Below, piece after piece: positions 1-11,357 of a stretch of DNA of 64,000 nt (position 1 is the stretch's first letter; each line of letters starts with the position of its first letter). Below the pieces are notes generated by a model. The model was not told where the DNA came from. It did no database searches and saw only the letters and a list, made by a program, of their open reading frames with translations. The stretch covers positions 1-64,000 of IMG/VR virus record IMGVR_UViG_3300044712_000815. One strand, given 5' to 3'. This DNA comes from a virus. The translations under genes and the position numbers were made by a program.

Positions 1-141
1 GATCCTGATTGTCCTGATCCTGATTGTCCTGATCCTGATTGTCCTGATCCTGATTGTCCTGATCCTGATTGTCCTGATCCTGATTGTCCTGATCCTGATT
101 GTCCTGATCCTGATTGTCCTGATCCTGATTGTCCTGATCCT
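1..141 (-). repeat. 15-bp tandem repeat (GATCCTGATTGTCCT)x~9 encoding a Gly/Ser/Gln linker
   Basis: Directly visible; in frame in the minus-strand CDS. Confidence 0.95.
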
Positions 142-769
142 GCGAATTTGGTTGGTTCATTTGTGTACCACAGTTTGAACATTTATTGACTTCGTTTCGC
201 ATTTGAAAAACTTTATCTTTATTTTGTTCTTGCCATTTTTTCTTTTTATTTATATACCATTCGTATAATTCTTCAAAAATATAATTTCCCTTATATTCTA
301 TTGGTATAAATAGTGCAGTATTATTATTTAATGTATCTTTTGGTATTGTGATGAATTTTGGATAATCTTCCTTTTCAATACCAAGTCCTTGTTTTATCAT
401 AATATCATCATAAATAATTTGATTTATGATCATATCCTGTACAATATTAGCTGATGTTTCATTGTATCCATAACTTCTTCTAATATGATTAAAAAGAAGA
501 TGTAATATTTCATGAATTACAATAAAATTTACTTCTGTTTGTTTTAGACTATCAAAAAATTTCCTATCCCAAAAGAAATTCATTCCACTTGGTGTAACAT
601 TTACACCTGCTGTATTCAAATATGGATTATATTTAGATTCAGAAAATCTCATAAATAATGCAAATTCACCATAATATGGTAAATAACCTGTAGATATCAT
701 AGCAATTATCGCTTCTGATATTTTTTTGTGTAATTTTTCAGGTAAAATATATTTATAAAAATCTATCAT
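1..769 (-). CDS. DUF2201-type putative metallopeptidase (vWA-like partner family), 3' end outside window, with (GQSGS)n linker
   Basis: Not in ORF track. ATG at 769 overlaps the rhomboid TGA (ATGA). Reads MIDFYKYILPEKLHKKISEAII...VNFIVIHEILHLLFNH (HExxH), similar to the N-terminus of 29723..31117. Confidence 0.75.
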   Translation of the reverse strand, partial: MIDFYKYILPEKLHKKISEAIIAMISTGYLPYYGEFALFMRFSESKYNPYLNTAGVNVTPSGMNFFWDRKFFDSLKQTEVNFIVIHEILHLLFNHIRRSYGYNETSANIVQDMIINQIIYDDIMIKQGLGIEKEDYPKFITIPKDTLNNNTALFIPIEYKGNYIFEELYEWYINKKKKWQEQNKDKVFQMRNEVNKCSNCGTQMNQPNSQDQDNQDQDNQDQDNQDQDNQDQDNQDQDNQDQDNQDQDNQDQDNQD

Positions 770-1341
770 TGTTCTAAATATAAAATTTTATTGTATTTTT
801 TCCAATATGATGTTAAAAAATAACCAGTAATTAATCCACCTAAATGTACAATATGCCCAACACCAAATCCAAATTTTGGATTTATTAGAAATAAAATACT
901 AAATATAGTTGAAAAAATGGCAAATCCATATACGAATGTTTTAAGCTTCATTGGAATAATAAAAAAGAATAAAACTTTAGAATTTGGTTCTATAAAAATA
1001 TATGCCGCCATTAGACCGCAAATCGCACCTGATGAACCTACCGCAGCACCAATACCACCAAACATCCAAAAAATGGCTGAAATTATTCCGCTTGCAAAAT
1101 ATAATTGAAAAAACATTTTTGAACCAAGTCTTTTTTCTAATTCAATACCAAAAGAAAATAAAACTATCATATTAAAGAATATGTGCATAAAATTTCCATG
1201 TAAAAACATAGATGTTAATGGTTGCCATATTGCAAAATTTGAATCGGTGATAGGGTAAATTGCGAAATATTTAAATAATTCTGGTGCAAAAAACATTATT
1301 ATAATATATATAATGACATTAGCTAAAATTAATTTTTTCAT
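766..1341 (-). CDS. Rhomboid family intramembrane serine protease
   Basis: WQPLTSMFLH..HIFFNM, GSSGA nucleophile motif, HLGG; multiple TM helices. Confidence 0.9.
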   Translation of the reverse strand: MKKLILANVIIYIIIMFFAPELFKYFAIYPITDSNFAIWQPLTSMFLHGNFMHIFFNMIVLFSFGIELEKRLGSKMFFQLYFASGIISAIFWMFGGIGAAVGSSGAICGLMAAYIFIEPNSKVLFFFIIPMKLKTFVYGFAIFSTIFSILFLINPKFGFGVGHIVHLGGLITGYFLTSYWKKYNKILYLEQ

Positions 1342-1353
1342 TTAGATGAATAT

Positions 1354-1593
1354 TTATGAATATTTGTGCATTTTGTTTAATTCGATGTGTTTTTTGATAT
1401 ATTTCCAATTTGATCGCATATTGTCTTTATCTTTATCTTCGATTTCATCAATAACATAATCAAGAAATATATCAATTTTCATTAGACTTTTTATATAAAG
1501 GAATATGCCATATAAATACCATCGCTTCCTCCACATTTTAATATACCATTTTGATGCTTCATATGAATCACTCATAATTGTTGTTATGATCAA
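1354..1593 (-). CDS. Hypothetical protein
   Basis: ORF tightly packed in the minus-strand operon. Confidence 0.5.
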   Translation of the reverse strand: MIITTIMSDSYEASKWYIKMWRKRWYLYGIFLYIKSLMKIDIFLDYVIDEIEDKDKDNMRSNWKYIKKHIELNKMHKYS

Positions 1594-2194
1594 TTTCTTG
1601 TATCTTCTTTATCACTTTTCGTTTTACAATTTTTCTACCTTTTTTTATTTGTGATTTAATGGTAGATAAGTTAATGTTTAGTTCTTCAGAAATTTCTTTA
1701 TATGCCATACCATCTATTTCCCTCATAATTAATACCTTTTTATATTTTGCATCTTTTTCTGACAAATTATAAATAGCTTCTTTGATGACTGTCGATTTTT
1801 TCACAAATATGTTATATTCATCTGTTGATTTTGTACTGTCATCATATGGTATTATATTAGAAAGATTAAAATTTTCTGCCATATTTTTATCTAAAGAATC
1901 AATAGGAAGTCTTTCGTTATCCTTATAAGACTTTTTTACAATGTTTTCTGCGATTTTATATACCCAAGTGTTAATTTGAGCACCACCTTCATCAGGTCTC
2001 TTATATGTAGATATATTCAATAGTGCTTGAATAAATGCTTCTTCAACGTGATCTTCGGCAAGTTCCGAATTTTTTGTAAATTTGGCAATATGCCACATCA
2101 ATTTAGGCTTGTTAATGATATAAAATTTCTGAAAATTGTAGCCTGTTCGTTCTTCAAATTGTTTTTCTAAATTGTTAATTTCATTTTTAATCAT
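1568..2194 (-). CDS. ECF-type sigma-70 family RNA polymerase sigma factor
   Basis: Region 2 (AEDHVEEAF...INTWVYKIAEN) and region 4 HTH (GMAYKEISEELNINLSTIKSQI). Confidence 0.85.
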   Translation of the reverse strand: MIKNEINNLEKQFEERTGYNFQKFYIINKPKLMWHIAKFTKNSELAEDHVEEAFIQALLNISTYKRPDEGGAQINTWVYKIAENIVKKSYKDNERLPIDSLDKNMAENFNLSNIIPYDDSTKSTDEYNIFVKKSTVIKEAIYNLSEKDAKYKKVLIMREIDGMAYKEISEELNINLSTIKSQIKKGRKIVKRKVIKKIQEIDHNNNYE

Positions 2195-2578
2195 ATTGTA
2201 GATAATTGTAATTTTTTAAGACATTATATAGTAAATAATTATTCGTTTGTTTATAAAATATTAACATTTTTATTTCTTCATATGTAATTTTTTTAAAGGT
2301 TATTTATAATGATTCAAAACTAAATTTAATATTTTAAATCAAAAAAAAAATGTAAAAGTATTTTTCATCTTTTTTTTAATTTTTTTATTAGGTCAAATTT
2401 GGTGGGTTATTTATAATGATTCAAAAATGAAAAAGAAAAAATTGTACATATATTTTGCATCTTTTTTATCTTTTTTTCCAAATTTCAAATTAATATATAA
2501 TTAAAAATAAAAATATATTTAAAAAAGAAATATTTCACAAAAAATATTTAATATATACTTAAAAAATAATTAAAAATT

Positions 2579-5500
2579 ATGCCAATAAAAGACAAAGATT
2601 TCGGAAAATACAAAAGACCAGGTATTTTCATCGAAGAAATTGATAGTAGTATTATACAACTTCCAATTCAAGAAGTTCTAATAAATTTAGTACCAGGTTT
2701 TTCTAAAAAAGGTCCATTCAATACCCCAATTTATGTTACAAATCCTACTGATTTTGAAGCTATATTTGGTGAAGATGATAGAAGACTTGAAAATAAAGGC
2801 TCATTTTTTCATAAAACTTGTAAACAAATGTTAAAAAGTGGTCCTGTTTGGGCATTAAATTTATTGGCTACCAATCCAAATAGAGACAAAGTAGACTGGC
2901 AATCAATATCAGTAGCATCACAATATGTTAATGGTACAGTTAAAAGATCAGCTTATGAATCATTTTTTAACAGACAAGCATTTTGGGAAAGAGACACTGA
3001 TGCGTTCTTAAATGTCGTAAAAGCAAATAATTATGGTGTGGAAGATACTGAAAGATTATTTCACATCACTAACATGGGTGATAAAGATATCACAGTGTTT
3101 ATGTTTAAATCAAGCATCACTGGTTTTGATGTTACTGCCGAAGAATGGTATGGTGATAGAACAAAAGTTCCAGCTTATCTTGATTATCGTGAATGGATAT
3201 CTGATTATCTTGTAACTGTAATCGTAGTGGCTGGTGATTGGAGTGATTATAGAACATTATCAAATGATACTACATTCAGTAAATATTTTAATAGAAATGG
3301 TTTAATAAAAACATCGGTAAATGGTTTTATGAATGAAAGAACTGTTAATGTACTTGCTAAATATGATTGTTCTTTGATTCCATATTTCAAAGATATAAAC
3401 AATAAAGATATGTATATCAAAAACGTTATCAATAACAATACAGATAAAACTGGTTTGTTCTGTACATATAATGAAGATTCATTATTAGAAGCTGATTATA
3501 AATTGGGAAATTTAGATATTATTGGTGATGTAATTGTTGGTGAAGATAAAACAGATATAAACTTTATGTCATATAATGTTACACTTAAAGAAGAATTGGC
3601 ATATGCTCAAAAATATTTAGATTCTGCTAACAACGTAATAACAAATAGTGTAGATAGTTACACACAAGATTATTTGGCAGATGGTGTAAATGATAGATCA
3701 GGTGTTTTTACAACAGGACATATTAATCAAATATATTTCAATTCGGGTGCAACATTAACTGGTGCAACAACAAGCACAATTGAAGTTGCAGATAATGGTG
3801 CTGATGCATATTATGTTATTGGTGCTGATGTTATTAGTGGATTCACTACAACTACAGTGTCAATAGATAGTGTTACAACAACAGAAGCATCGAGATATGA
3901 TGTTCTTTATTTAACAAACGATAATGTTGTTAATGTTCTTTATGGTTCAGCCGCAACAACCACAACAGGTGCAATTAAACCGGATTTCAATTTCAGCTTA
4001 GACAATACTATTATTTTAGGTTATCTTTTCCATGAAAAATCAGGTGGAACATATACAATAGAATATTTACCAGTATCATTAAATACAATTTTGGCTGATG
4101 CTTATATACCAATTGGTGTAACAACAGGTTATGAAACGATTGTTACAGATGGATCTGATTCAACAGGAACATATTTAAATATTGAATTCGGTGGAACATC
4201 AGGACAAACTGGTGTATATAATGATTATGATTATATCAGATCAATATTCGCATTTAATGAAATGTATGATCATATTTCAGATGAAAGTGTTTTAATAAAA
4301 TATACTGGTGTGTCGTTTGATACTGGTGATAAGGTTTCAGTAATTTCTGTTATTCCAGTTGATGCAACATCAACAACAAACGCAAGTATCAAAATATATT
4401 GTGAAACACCAGAAGATTGTCATAATGGTAATGAATTCTTATTATATTATATTGATGATGAATTCTTGTTACACCCAACTGTAATTAATACTAACACACT
4501 TACAACAAGATATGATGTTTTAGGCACAACTACAAAAATTGGAATTGTTGCAAAATATTCACAATTATATCAAGATTATTATAATGGTGTTATAAACAAC
4601 TTAGATTATTTCTATGTTGATAATACTGGTTCAACTACAAAAGTTTTCTTAAAAATGTTTGTTGATCAAAGTGATATTCTCACTGTTAATTTCTTAACAT
4701 CTACTAATCCAGACACAGCTTATGAAGTTGATAAAGATGATTGGGCAGATTCAACTAAATATAATGAACAATTGATTATACATTCAAATAGAAGCAATTG
4801 GGAACAATCTGTTGAAATCGAAGAAGTAATTACTGATGGTGGTGATCTTACAACATGTCAAACTATTAAAGTTGATAAAAATAGATATTCCGAAGTAACT
4901 AAAGGTAGTTTCTTATCAGCATATTATGATGAAGATTATTATGCTGCACCAAATGGTCAAGGTTATTTAGATGGTGCAGTACCAAGAAAATTGACACGTA
5001 TTATAAAAGTGCAAAATGATCCATATAATGTTGATCTTAAAATTCTTTATACTGATGCACCAATAAAAATTGTTGATAATAATACAGCAACTGGTACAAC
5101 CAATCTCGATTATCAAACATTTACATATCCATCTATTGATACTTATGTTGATGAATATAAAGCTTTAAAAATTAGTCCGTTTGTCGTACATACTGATTCT
5201 ATTCCTAATGGTACGGATGCAAGACAAAATGAAATATTAGATATCATTGCTTATAGTACGAATCTTGCAAAAGCTTTGGCTGACAAAAATAAAATATCGT
5301 GGAGATATCTAGTTGATTCATTTGGTTTAGGTCTTGTTCCAACCGATGGGTTTGGTTCAAAACAACAATTGGTTGATCTTTGTGGTATGAAACTTAATTG
5401 TATGGGCTTTATTTCAATGCCAAGTGCTAAAATATTTAGAGAATCTACTAATCCTTCATTTGTCAATGATGATGGTACACTTAATCTTGAATATGTTAAA

Positions 5501-6220
5501 GCAGGTGCTGATGATAGTAAGAATCCAGATTTTTATTACCAATTTGCACAACAACATGGTGAAATTGATGGTAGAAGTTGTGTGGGATATTTCTTCCCAT
5601 ATATCAGAATATACGATAACGGTATTCCTAAATGGGTTCCACCAGCAGCTTATGCAGCAACAACATATATGCAAAAATTTGTATCTAATGTTGCAGGTTT
5701 GGTGCCTTGGACAATTTGTGCAGGTATTACAAATGGTAGAGTTCAAAATATCACTAAAACTGAAATGGACTTCACCAATACCGACCAAGAATATTTGTAC
5801 CAAATGAATGCAAATCCAATCTTATATAAAATAAATAACGGATATTGTATTAATTCAGAATCTTCAGCTCAGGTATATCCATATTCATCTCTAAGCTTCT
5901 TACACACAAGAGAAGTTTTGATTGAACTTGAAAACAGAATCTATGATATGCTTCTTAAATATCAATGGCAATTCAATACACCTGAAATTAGAGCAGAAAT
6001 AAAATATCGTGCTGATAAAATCTGTAAAGATATATTAGATAATGATGGATTCTATGATTTCTGGAATGTATGTGACGAAACCAACAATACAGATTATGTT
6101 ATCGACCTTCAAATGGGTGTTCTTGATACTTACGTTGAAATCGTTAAAGGTATGGGTATTATTGTTAACAATATCACAATTATGAAGAAAGGTGATATCC
6201 AATCAATGGGATTCAAATAA
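2579..6220 (+). CDS. Contractile tail sheath protein (T4 gp18-like) with large central insertion
   Basis: N-terminal RPGIFIEEID..PGFSKKGPFNTP; C-terminal VCDETNNT..VID; followed by tail tube gene. Confidence 0.9.
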   Translation: MPIKDKDFGKYKRPGIFIEEIDSSIIQLPIQEVLINLVPGFSKKGPFNTPIYVTNPTDFEAIFGEDDRRLENKGSFFHKTCKQMLKSGPVWALNLLATNPNRDKVDWQSISVASQYVNGTVKRSAYESFFNRQAFWERDTDAFLNVVKANNYGVEDTERLFHITNMGDKDITVFMFKSSITGFDVTAEEWYGDRTKVPAYLDYREWISDYLVTVIVVAGDWSDYRTLSNDTTFSKYFNRNGLIKTSVNGFMNERTVNVLAKYDCSLIPYFKDINNKDMYIKNVINNNTDKTGLFCTYNEDSLLEADYKLGNLDIIGDVIVGEDKTDINFMSYNVTLKEELAYAQKYLDSANNVITNSVDSYTQDYLADGVNDRSGVFTTGHINQIYFNSGATLTGATTSTIEVADNGADAYYVIGADVISGFTTTTVSIDSVTTTEASRYDVLYLTNDNVVNVLYGSAATTTTGAIKPDFNFSLDNTIILGYLFHEKSGGTYTIEYLPVSLNTILADAYIPIGVTTGYETIVTDGSDSTGTYLNIEFGGTSGQTGVYNDYDYIRSIFAFNEMYDHISDESVLIKYTGVSFDTGDKVSVISVIPVDATSTTNASIKIYCETPEDCHNGNEFLLYYIDDEFLLHPTVINTNTLTTRYDVLGTTTKIGIVAKYSQLYQDYYNGVINNLDYFYVDNTGSTTKVFLKMFVDQSDILTVNFLTSTNPDTAYEVDKDDWADSTKYNEQLIIHSNRSNWEQSVEIEEVITDGGDLTTCQTIKVDKNRYSEVTKGSFLSAYYDEDYYAAPNGQGYLDGAVPRKLTRIIKVQNDPYNVDLKILYTDAPIKIVDNNTATGTTNLDYQTFTYPSIDTYVDEYKALKISPFVVHTDSIPNGTDARQNEILDIIAYSTNLAKALADKNKISWRYLVDSFGLGLVPTDGFGSKQQLVDLCGMKLNCMGFISMPSAKIFRESTNPSFVNDDGTLNLEYVKAGADDSKNPDFYYQFAQQHGEIDGRSCVGYFFPYIRIYDNGIPKWVPPAAYAATTYMQKFVSNVAGLVPWTICAGITNGRVQNITKTEMDFTNTDQEYLYQMNANPILYKINNGYCINSESSAQVYPYSSLSFLHTREVLIELENRIYDMLLKYQWQFNTPEIRAEIKYRADKICKDILDNDGFYDFWNVCDETNNTDYVIDLQMGVLDTYVEIVKGMGIIVNNITIMKKGDIQSMGFK

Positions 6221-6235
6221 TAAATAAGATAAATT

Positions 6236-6268
6236 AAAAAATGGGGAAATTTTTTCCCCATTTTTTTT
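6236..6268 (+). terminator. Intrinsic terminator after sheath gene
   Basis: ATGGGGAAA/TTTCCCCAT stem plus T run. Confidence 0.75.
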
Positions 6269-6886
6269 ATATATACATTATGAAATATTTAAAACGTTTT
6301 GAAGATATAGATGATCAGAACTTTCATCACCACAGATTTCAATATCATTCATATGATAATCCATCTTTGTTTTTTGACCATTCAATTTTTCAAACAATTG
6401 AAAATATTGTTCACAAATTGTCTGTGTATTTCTTCATTAACAATTCTCGGAGAATGAACTTTTACTTTATTTCTTGGATCAACCACTACCTTTTCTTTAC
6501 TTAATACTACCCCAAAGCCGGTGTTCCCTCTTAATTTATTTATCCGTAGGTCATTTCGATCCTTGGTCACTCGCATAGTAATTTTTGGCATATTTCTAAT
6601 TTTTAAGCAATTTCACAATAATCATCATATAAAGCAAATAAATTGTATAATAAATCGGCATAAGCTTTTAATGAGAATGTAAATATTCAGGGATTCTTTG
6701 GTCATCTCAGTACATACGAATTTGGTCTCTATAAAAAGTTTTAACTTTAAATCGTTCTCCAAATGTTTCAGTTATTAGGGAAATATAAACTGAAAAATCA
6801 AGTTCACCGTTTTCTGATATTAATCGTATCGGGTCAAATATTGATATGTATTCTAACTTACCGCTTAATTCCATTCTTATATATTT

Positions 6887-7219
6887 TTAATCGTTAAATG
6901 TTATATTATGATCATTAAATGTTTTTATGTGTTTAAGTTCTTTTTCTTTATCTCGAATATCTTTTTTAAGTTTCGCTTTAAGATTTGAATAACTTATAGG
7001 TGAATAATCTTCCAAATTTATAATTTTTGATAATTTAGATATAATTTCATTTCCAGATTTTTTGAAAGTATATTCTAATTTTTTTAAGAGTAATTTAATA
7101 TCATCATCAGATAAATCTTTTTTATCCTTAATTTTATCTACTAATTCATTTCCAGATTTTTTGAATGTATATTCTAATTTTTTATACAATAATTCATATT
7201 CTTCTTCTTTTAGTTTCAT
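6887..7219 (-). CDS. Hypothetical protein with internal duplication (KKLEYTFKKSGNE x2)
   Basis: ORF track; repeat visible. Confidence 0.6.
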   Translation of the reverse strand: MKLKEEEYELLYKKLEYTFKKSGNELVDKIKDKKDLSDDDIKLLLKKLEYTFKKSGNEIISKLSKIINLEDYSPISYSNLKAKLKKDIRDKEKELKHIKTFNDHNITFND

Positions 7220-7252
7220 AATTTAATTTTTTTCAAATATAATATTTATATA

Positions 7253-8815
7253 TTAAAATACAAAATTTATTTGTTCATTTTTCCAAATATATTTTAGATT
7301 TCCGGAATCATATATTCTATATATTTTTCGTTCCAACATAATTTCACGTTCAGTTTTATTTGAATCAAATCCTAGTTTAATTAATTTATCTTTTCTGAAA
7401 TTAAACCTGTGATGTCTAACACCATCAATTATATAATAGTAATTTGGTTCTGTTTTATCTACAAATTCAAACCCTAAAGTTTCATAAAGTTTACCTTGAC
7501 TAATTGATCTATCTGCATATGTTGTAATTACGGTTGGATTGTAATTTTTTATAAAATATTTGAATAATTTTGATGCACCACCAACAACATTAATATTTAT
7601 CTTATTACAAAAACGTAATAATTCATATTCCCCTTCGATTGTGGATTTTTTACCCATAGCTATTCTACGATTACCAAATGTCATTAAACTAACCAATTCA
7701 TTATCATAAAATAAACCAATTTTTACTTTTGATCCAACAAATCCTTGAATATGATTTTCATCTAAAAATAATCTAACTAAATTATTATCATCAAGTTCTC
7801 TTATTTCGCATTTTCTAGCAAATATTCTTTCACATTTCCCCAATTTATTGTTTATAATTGATTTAACAATATTTTGTTTATATAACCAATCATCATCATA
7901 AATGTGAATTAATTGAATTCCTAATTGTTCACAATATTCAGTTTTATTTAAATGATAATTTTTTTCTTTATTTAATTCATTGTGCCAATATAACCCATTA
8001 AATTCAAATGCTATTTTTAATTCGGGTAGATATACATCTAATTCTAATGGCTTGATAAAATTTCTATCATTGTGTATATGTTTAATATCTTTAAATAGTT
8101 CCAAAAAATCATTTTCAGATAAAGATGTGAATTTTGTGTTGCAAATTGTACATAAGCTTAATTTTGCTTGTTTTCTATTTTGAAATAATTCTATTGATAT
8201 ATTAAAATTGTGATCTTTACCACAATCACATTTAAATGTCATTTTTTTATTTTCGTAATCTAAATTTATTAGATTTTCATATTTTAAAAAATTTTTATCT
8301 ATTATAGTTTTATAATATTTATTACGAACATTTATATCTTGTGCTGGATAATATACCCCAATGTTTTTAAAATTTGTATCTTTCATTTTTTTTTGAACAT
8401 CTTTGGATTGTGCAGGATGTTTAACCCCAAAATTTTTAATGTTTGTTTTATATGTTCGTTCTTTTATTATATCCGATTTTTGTAAATTATCAACACCATA
8501 TTTATCTAATAATGTATTTTTTGTTTTTTCAATTACTTTTATGTCATTGTGTGTACATTTTTGACTACAATGTTTAGAATAACCTTTATTGAAATTTATA
8601 ATTTTCAATGGGTTTCCACAATCACATAATTGTATTTCTGTTATGTTGTGATAATAATGATATATTTTTTCTTTAAATTTTAAGTTATTCAAATTATTAA
8701 TATTACAAAAATCTAATATCTTAATATATATAGATTTATAATATTTTTTGATATACTCTTCTTTAAATATCTTACCAGATTTATCATTTAATTCTAATAA
8801 TTTTTCGATGTCCAT
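7253..8815 (-). CDS. Putative homing endonuclease (PD-(D/E)xK / Hef-like) with KYGV-type repeats and C-terminal accessory domain
   Basis: ELDVYLPELKIAFEFNGLYWH nuclease motif; inserted antisense between sheath and tube genes. Confidence 0.7.
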   Translation of the reverse strand: MDIEKLLELNDKSGKIFKEEYIKKYYKSIYIKILDFCNINNLNNLKFKEKIYHYYHNITEIQLCDCGNPLKIINFNKGYSKHCSQKCTHNDIKVIEKTKNTLLDKYGVDNLQKSDIIKERTYKTNIKNFGVKHPAQSKDVQKKMKDTNFKNIGVYYPAQDINVRNKYYKTIIDKNFLKYENLINLDYENKKMTFKCDCGKDHNFNISIELFQNRKQAKLSLCTICNTKFTSLSENDFLELFKDIKHIHNDRNFIKPLELDVYLPELKIAFEFNGLYWHNELNKEKNYHLNKTEYCEQLGIQLIHIYDDDWLYKQNIVKSIINNKLGKCERIFARKCEIRELDDNNLVRLFLDENHIQGFVGSKVKIGLFYDNELVSLMTFGNRRIAMGKKSTIEGEYELLRFCNKININVVGGASKLFKYFIKNYNPTVITTYADRSISQGKLYETLGFEFVDKTEPNYYYIIDGVRHHRFNFRKDKLIKLGFDSNKTEREIMLERKIYRIYDSGNLKYIWKNEQINFVF

Positions 8816-8981
8816 AGTGAAGTTACAATTGTTTTTTCTTCTTATTATATATAAATATTTATTATTGGTTTTTTATTTTTTATATAAAAACCTTAATAAA
8901 TGCACGTTAATTGATTTTTTAATTTTTTTGTGAGGGGACAAAGCATTTTTTAATATATACTGAAAAATAATCTGATAACAT

Positions 8982-9545
8982 ATGCCATTAGCACACTTTA
9001 CCGCAGTTGATTCACATCGTGAAAAATGGGAACCAATTCATAAAAATTTGTACGAAGTTACCATTATTTTACCAACGGTACTTCAATCTATCCATCCTAA
9101 TGCAACACACCTTTTGATGGAAAATACTAAGACAGCAAAGTTTCCAACTTATCCTGACTTACAATCACAAAAACAAAATTTCAAATACTCAACTAGAGTA
9201 TTCGTTATGATGCCTGCCCAAACTCACGTTGATGATTTGGCTATTACTTTTAACCTTAACCAAAATGAAGATTATCAAATCTTCTGTTTTAAAATGTTGA
9301 AAGATTGGTACGATTTAGCTTGGAATAATGAAACTGGTACACTTCACTATAAAAAGAATTTAGTTGGTGATATCATTATTCATCAACATGACAAAGAAGG
9401 TAAAGTTATTAGACGTGTAACTTACCATAATGCAATGATGAAACAATTTAGTGGTGTAGAAGAATTAAACTGGGAAGATTCAACAGCTATCCAAGATTTC
9501 ACTGCAAATTTTGTAGCGGACTACTGGGAAGATTTTTATTATTAA
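8982..9545 (+). CDS. Tail tube protein (T4 gp19-like)
   Basis: Size, position after sheath, late promoter, C-terminal FTANFVADYWE. Confidence 0.8.
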   Translation: MPLAHFTAVDSHREKWEPIHKNLYEVTIILPTVLQSIHPNATHLLMENTKTAKFPTYPDLQSQKQNFKYSTRVFVMMPAQTHVDDLAITFNLNQNEDYQIFCFKMLKDWYDLAWNNETGTLHYKKNLVGDIIIHQHDKEGKVIRRVTYHNAMMKQFSGVEELNWEDSTAIQDFTANFVADYWEDFYY

Positions 9546-9551
9546 AACTAG

Positions 9552-10280
9552 TTGATTATCAACTATTTAAATGGGCAAATTGCCCATTTTTTAAAAAATA
9601 AAACGATTATTGGGAAGACTATTATGTTAAAAATATGTAGAATATGTGGAAAATTAAAAGAATTAACTGATTTTCACAAAAAGAAAGATACACCCGATGG
9701 TGTTAGAAACGAATGTAAAGAATGTGTAAAAGATATTCAAAAGAAATATAAAAATGTTGAAGGATTTAAAGAAAAACAAAAAGAATATGATAAGATGACA
9801 TATGAAAAAAATAAAGATAAAATTTTAAAAAGAAAAAAAGAATATCATATTGAAAATAAACAAGAAATTTTAAAAAAGAAAGCAGAATATAGATCAATTC
9901 CTGAAAATAAAGAACGAAATAGACAATATATTAAACAATATAAAGTTGAAAATAAAGATAAATATTACAAATATCGTAGAGATAATCCACATTATATTGC
10001 TTGGCGTTCTGTTCTTTATTCTACATTAAAAAGACTTAATACATCCAAGCAGGGTCATACTATAGATATGTTAGGGTATTCTGCGATAGATTTGAAGGAA
10101 CATCTTGAAAAGCAATTTCTTGAAGGGATGACCTGGGATAATCACGGGGTCTGGCATATAGATCATAAGAAACCTGTTACTTCATTTGATTCTAATGCAG
10201 ATATGAGAGTTGTTTGTGCGTTGGATAATTTACAGCCGTTATGGGCAGAAGATAATTTACGTAAGAAAAACAATTATTAA
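9552..10280 (+). CDS. HNH homing endonuclease with N-terminal zinc ribbon (start probably MLKICRIC)
   Basis: CxxC motifs; WHIDHKKP...NLQPLWAEDN. Confidence 0.85.
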   Translation: MIINYLNGQIAHFLKNKTIIGKTIMLKICRICGKLKELTDFHKKKDTPDGVRNECKECVKDIQKKYKNVEGFKEKQKEYDKMTYEKNKDKILKRKKEYHIENKQEILKKKAEYRSIPENKERNRQYIKQYKVENKDKYYKYRRDNPHYIAWRSVLYSTLKRLNTSKQGHTIDMLGYSAIDLKEHLEKQFLEGMTWDNHGVWHIDHKKPVTSFDSNADMRVVCALDNLQPLWAEDNLRKKNNY

Positions 10281-10337
10281 TTTTGTATATTTAAGAAAAG
10301 TTTTGTATTTTTGTATCGAATTTAAAACAACAACAAT

Positions 10338-10664
10338 ATGAAAAAACAAAAGATTAGGCATTTATCTATTCATTATATACACGATGAATACAATATTAAT
10401 GATACATTGAATAAATTAGTTGATTGGATTAAAAATAATTCTAGTTTACTTGATAATATGATAATAATACATCATAGACAAAAGATGTACACCGAGTTAA
10501 ATTTAGTATTAAGTCAAACTTTAGGTGTATCTTCAGTTAGATATTTTGAGGCTACGTCACTTTTATCAGTAGTAGCTTTATTTCAGTCTATTAAGAAATT
10601 TATTGATCTTAATTATGAATTATGCATTTGTAAAATGTTCAAAATTAAGTATACTAAAATTTAA
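10338..10664 (+). CDS. Hypothetical protein
   Basis: ORF behind TAnnTTTG promoter. Confidence 0.5.
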   Translation: MKKQKIRHLSIHYIHDEYNINDTLNKLVDWIKNNSSLLDNMIIIHHRQKMYTELNLVLSQTLGVSSVRYFEATSLLSVVALFQSIKKFIDLNYELCICKMFKIKYTKI

Positions 10665-11123
10665 ATTAGATATATTAGTAATATAAAAAGCTGAGTTTAT
10701 CAATTCCAATAAAGCGGGTAATGGTGAAATTTTTCCACCAAGAATGATTCATGCTGCATCAGGATTAAACTATAATAAAATGCGTGGGTATGCTAATCTT
10801 CAAATTGTCGAACTTAAATTTGAATTGGTTAAAGGTTTTAACATTGAAGCTAAGATTATGAAACCAAAGCAAACGGCGTACACATATTAAAAATGCATCT
10901 AACAAAAATAAATTAAAAGCCTGATTATTTTATAATTAGGCTTTTTAATTTTACAATTATTTTACATTAGGTGTTTAAATTTTGGTATTATCATTTATAA
11001 TTTTACATTTGCATCGGATTAGAAATATATGTTATTCAACATAAAATTTAACGATTTAATAACATTATATGTTAAACAACATATATTTTTTTTTATATAT
11101 AAGTAAAAATAAAAATATAAATT

Positions 11124-11312
11124 ATGAAGAAAAGGTTATTTTATGGTAGTTTATTTATTTTTGTATTATTCATAACATTAATAAGTATGAAGAATATAAG
11201 TATAGGTAAGACTATTAAGCGAAATGAAAGTCCAACAGAAATTAAGTTGGACACGACAAACACTATAATGATAGAAGAAGTTATAGTATTTGGTAAGAAA
11301 GAGGTTAAATAA
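11124..11312 (+). CDS. Small membrane/secreted protein
   Basis: N-terminal hydrophobic segment. Confidence 0.45.
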   Translation: MKKRLFYGSLFIFVLFITLISMKNISIGKTIKRNESPTEIKLDTTNTIMIEEVIVFGKKEVK

Positions 11313-11357
11313 TAAATTTTAATCTCTTTTTTTATTTAATATGTGTGTATTACACAA

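Noticed and set aside
1-141. 15-bp tandem repeat as a CRISPR array
   Set aside because: No spacers; it is an in-frame GQSGS linker.
6241-6875. Overlapping short ORFs after the sheath gene
   Set aside because: Fragmentary and mutually overlapping; probably decayed genes, no product supportable.
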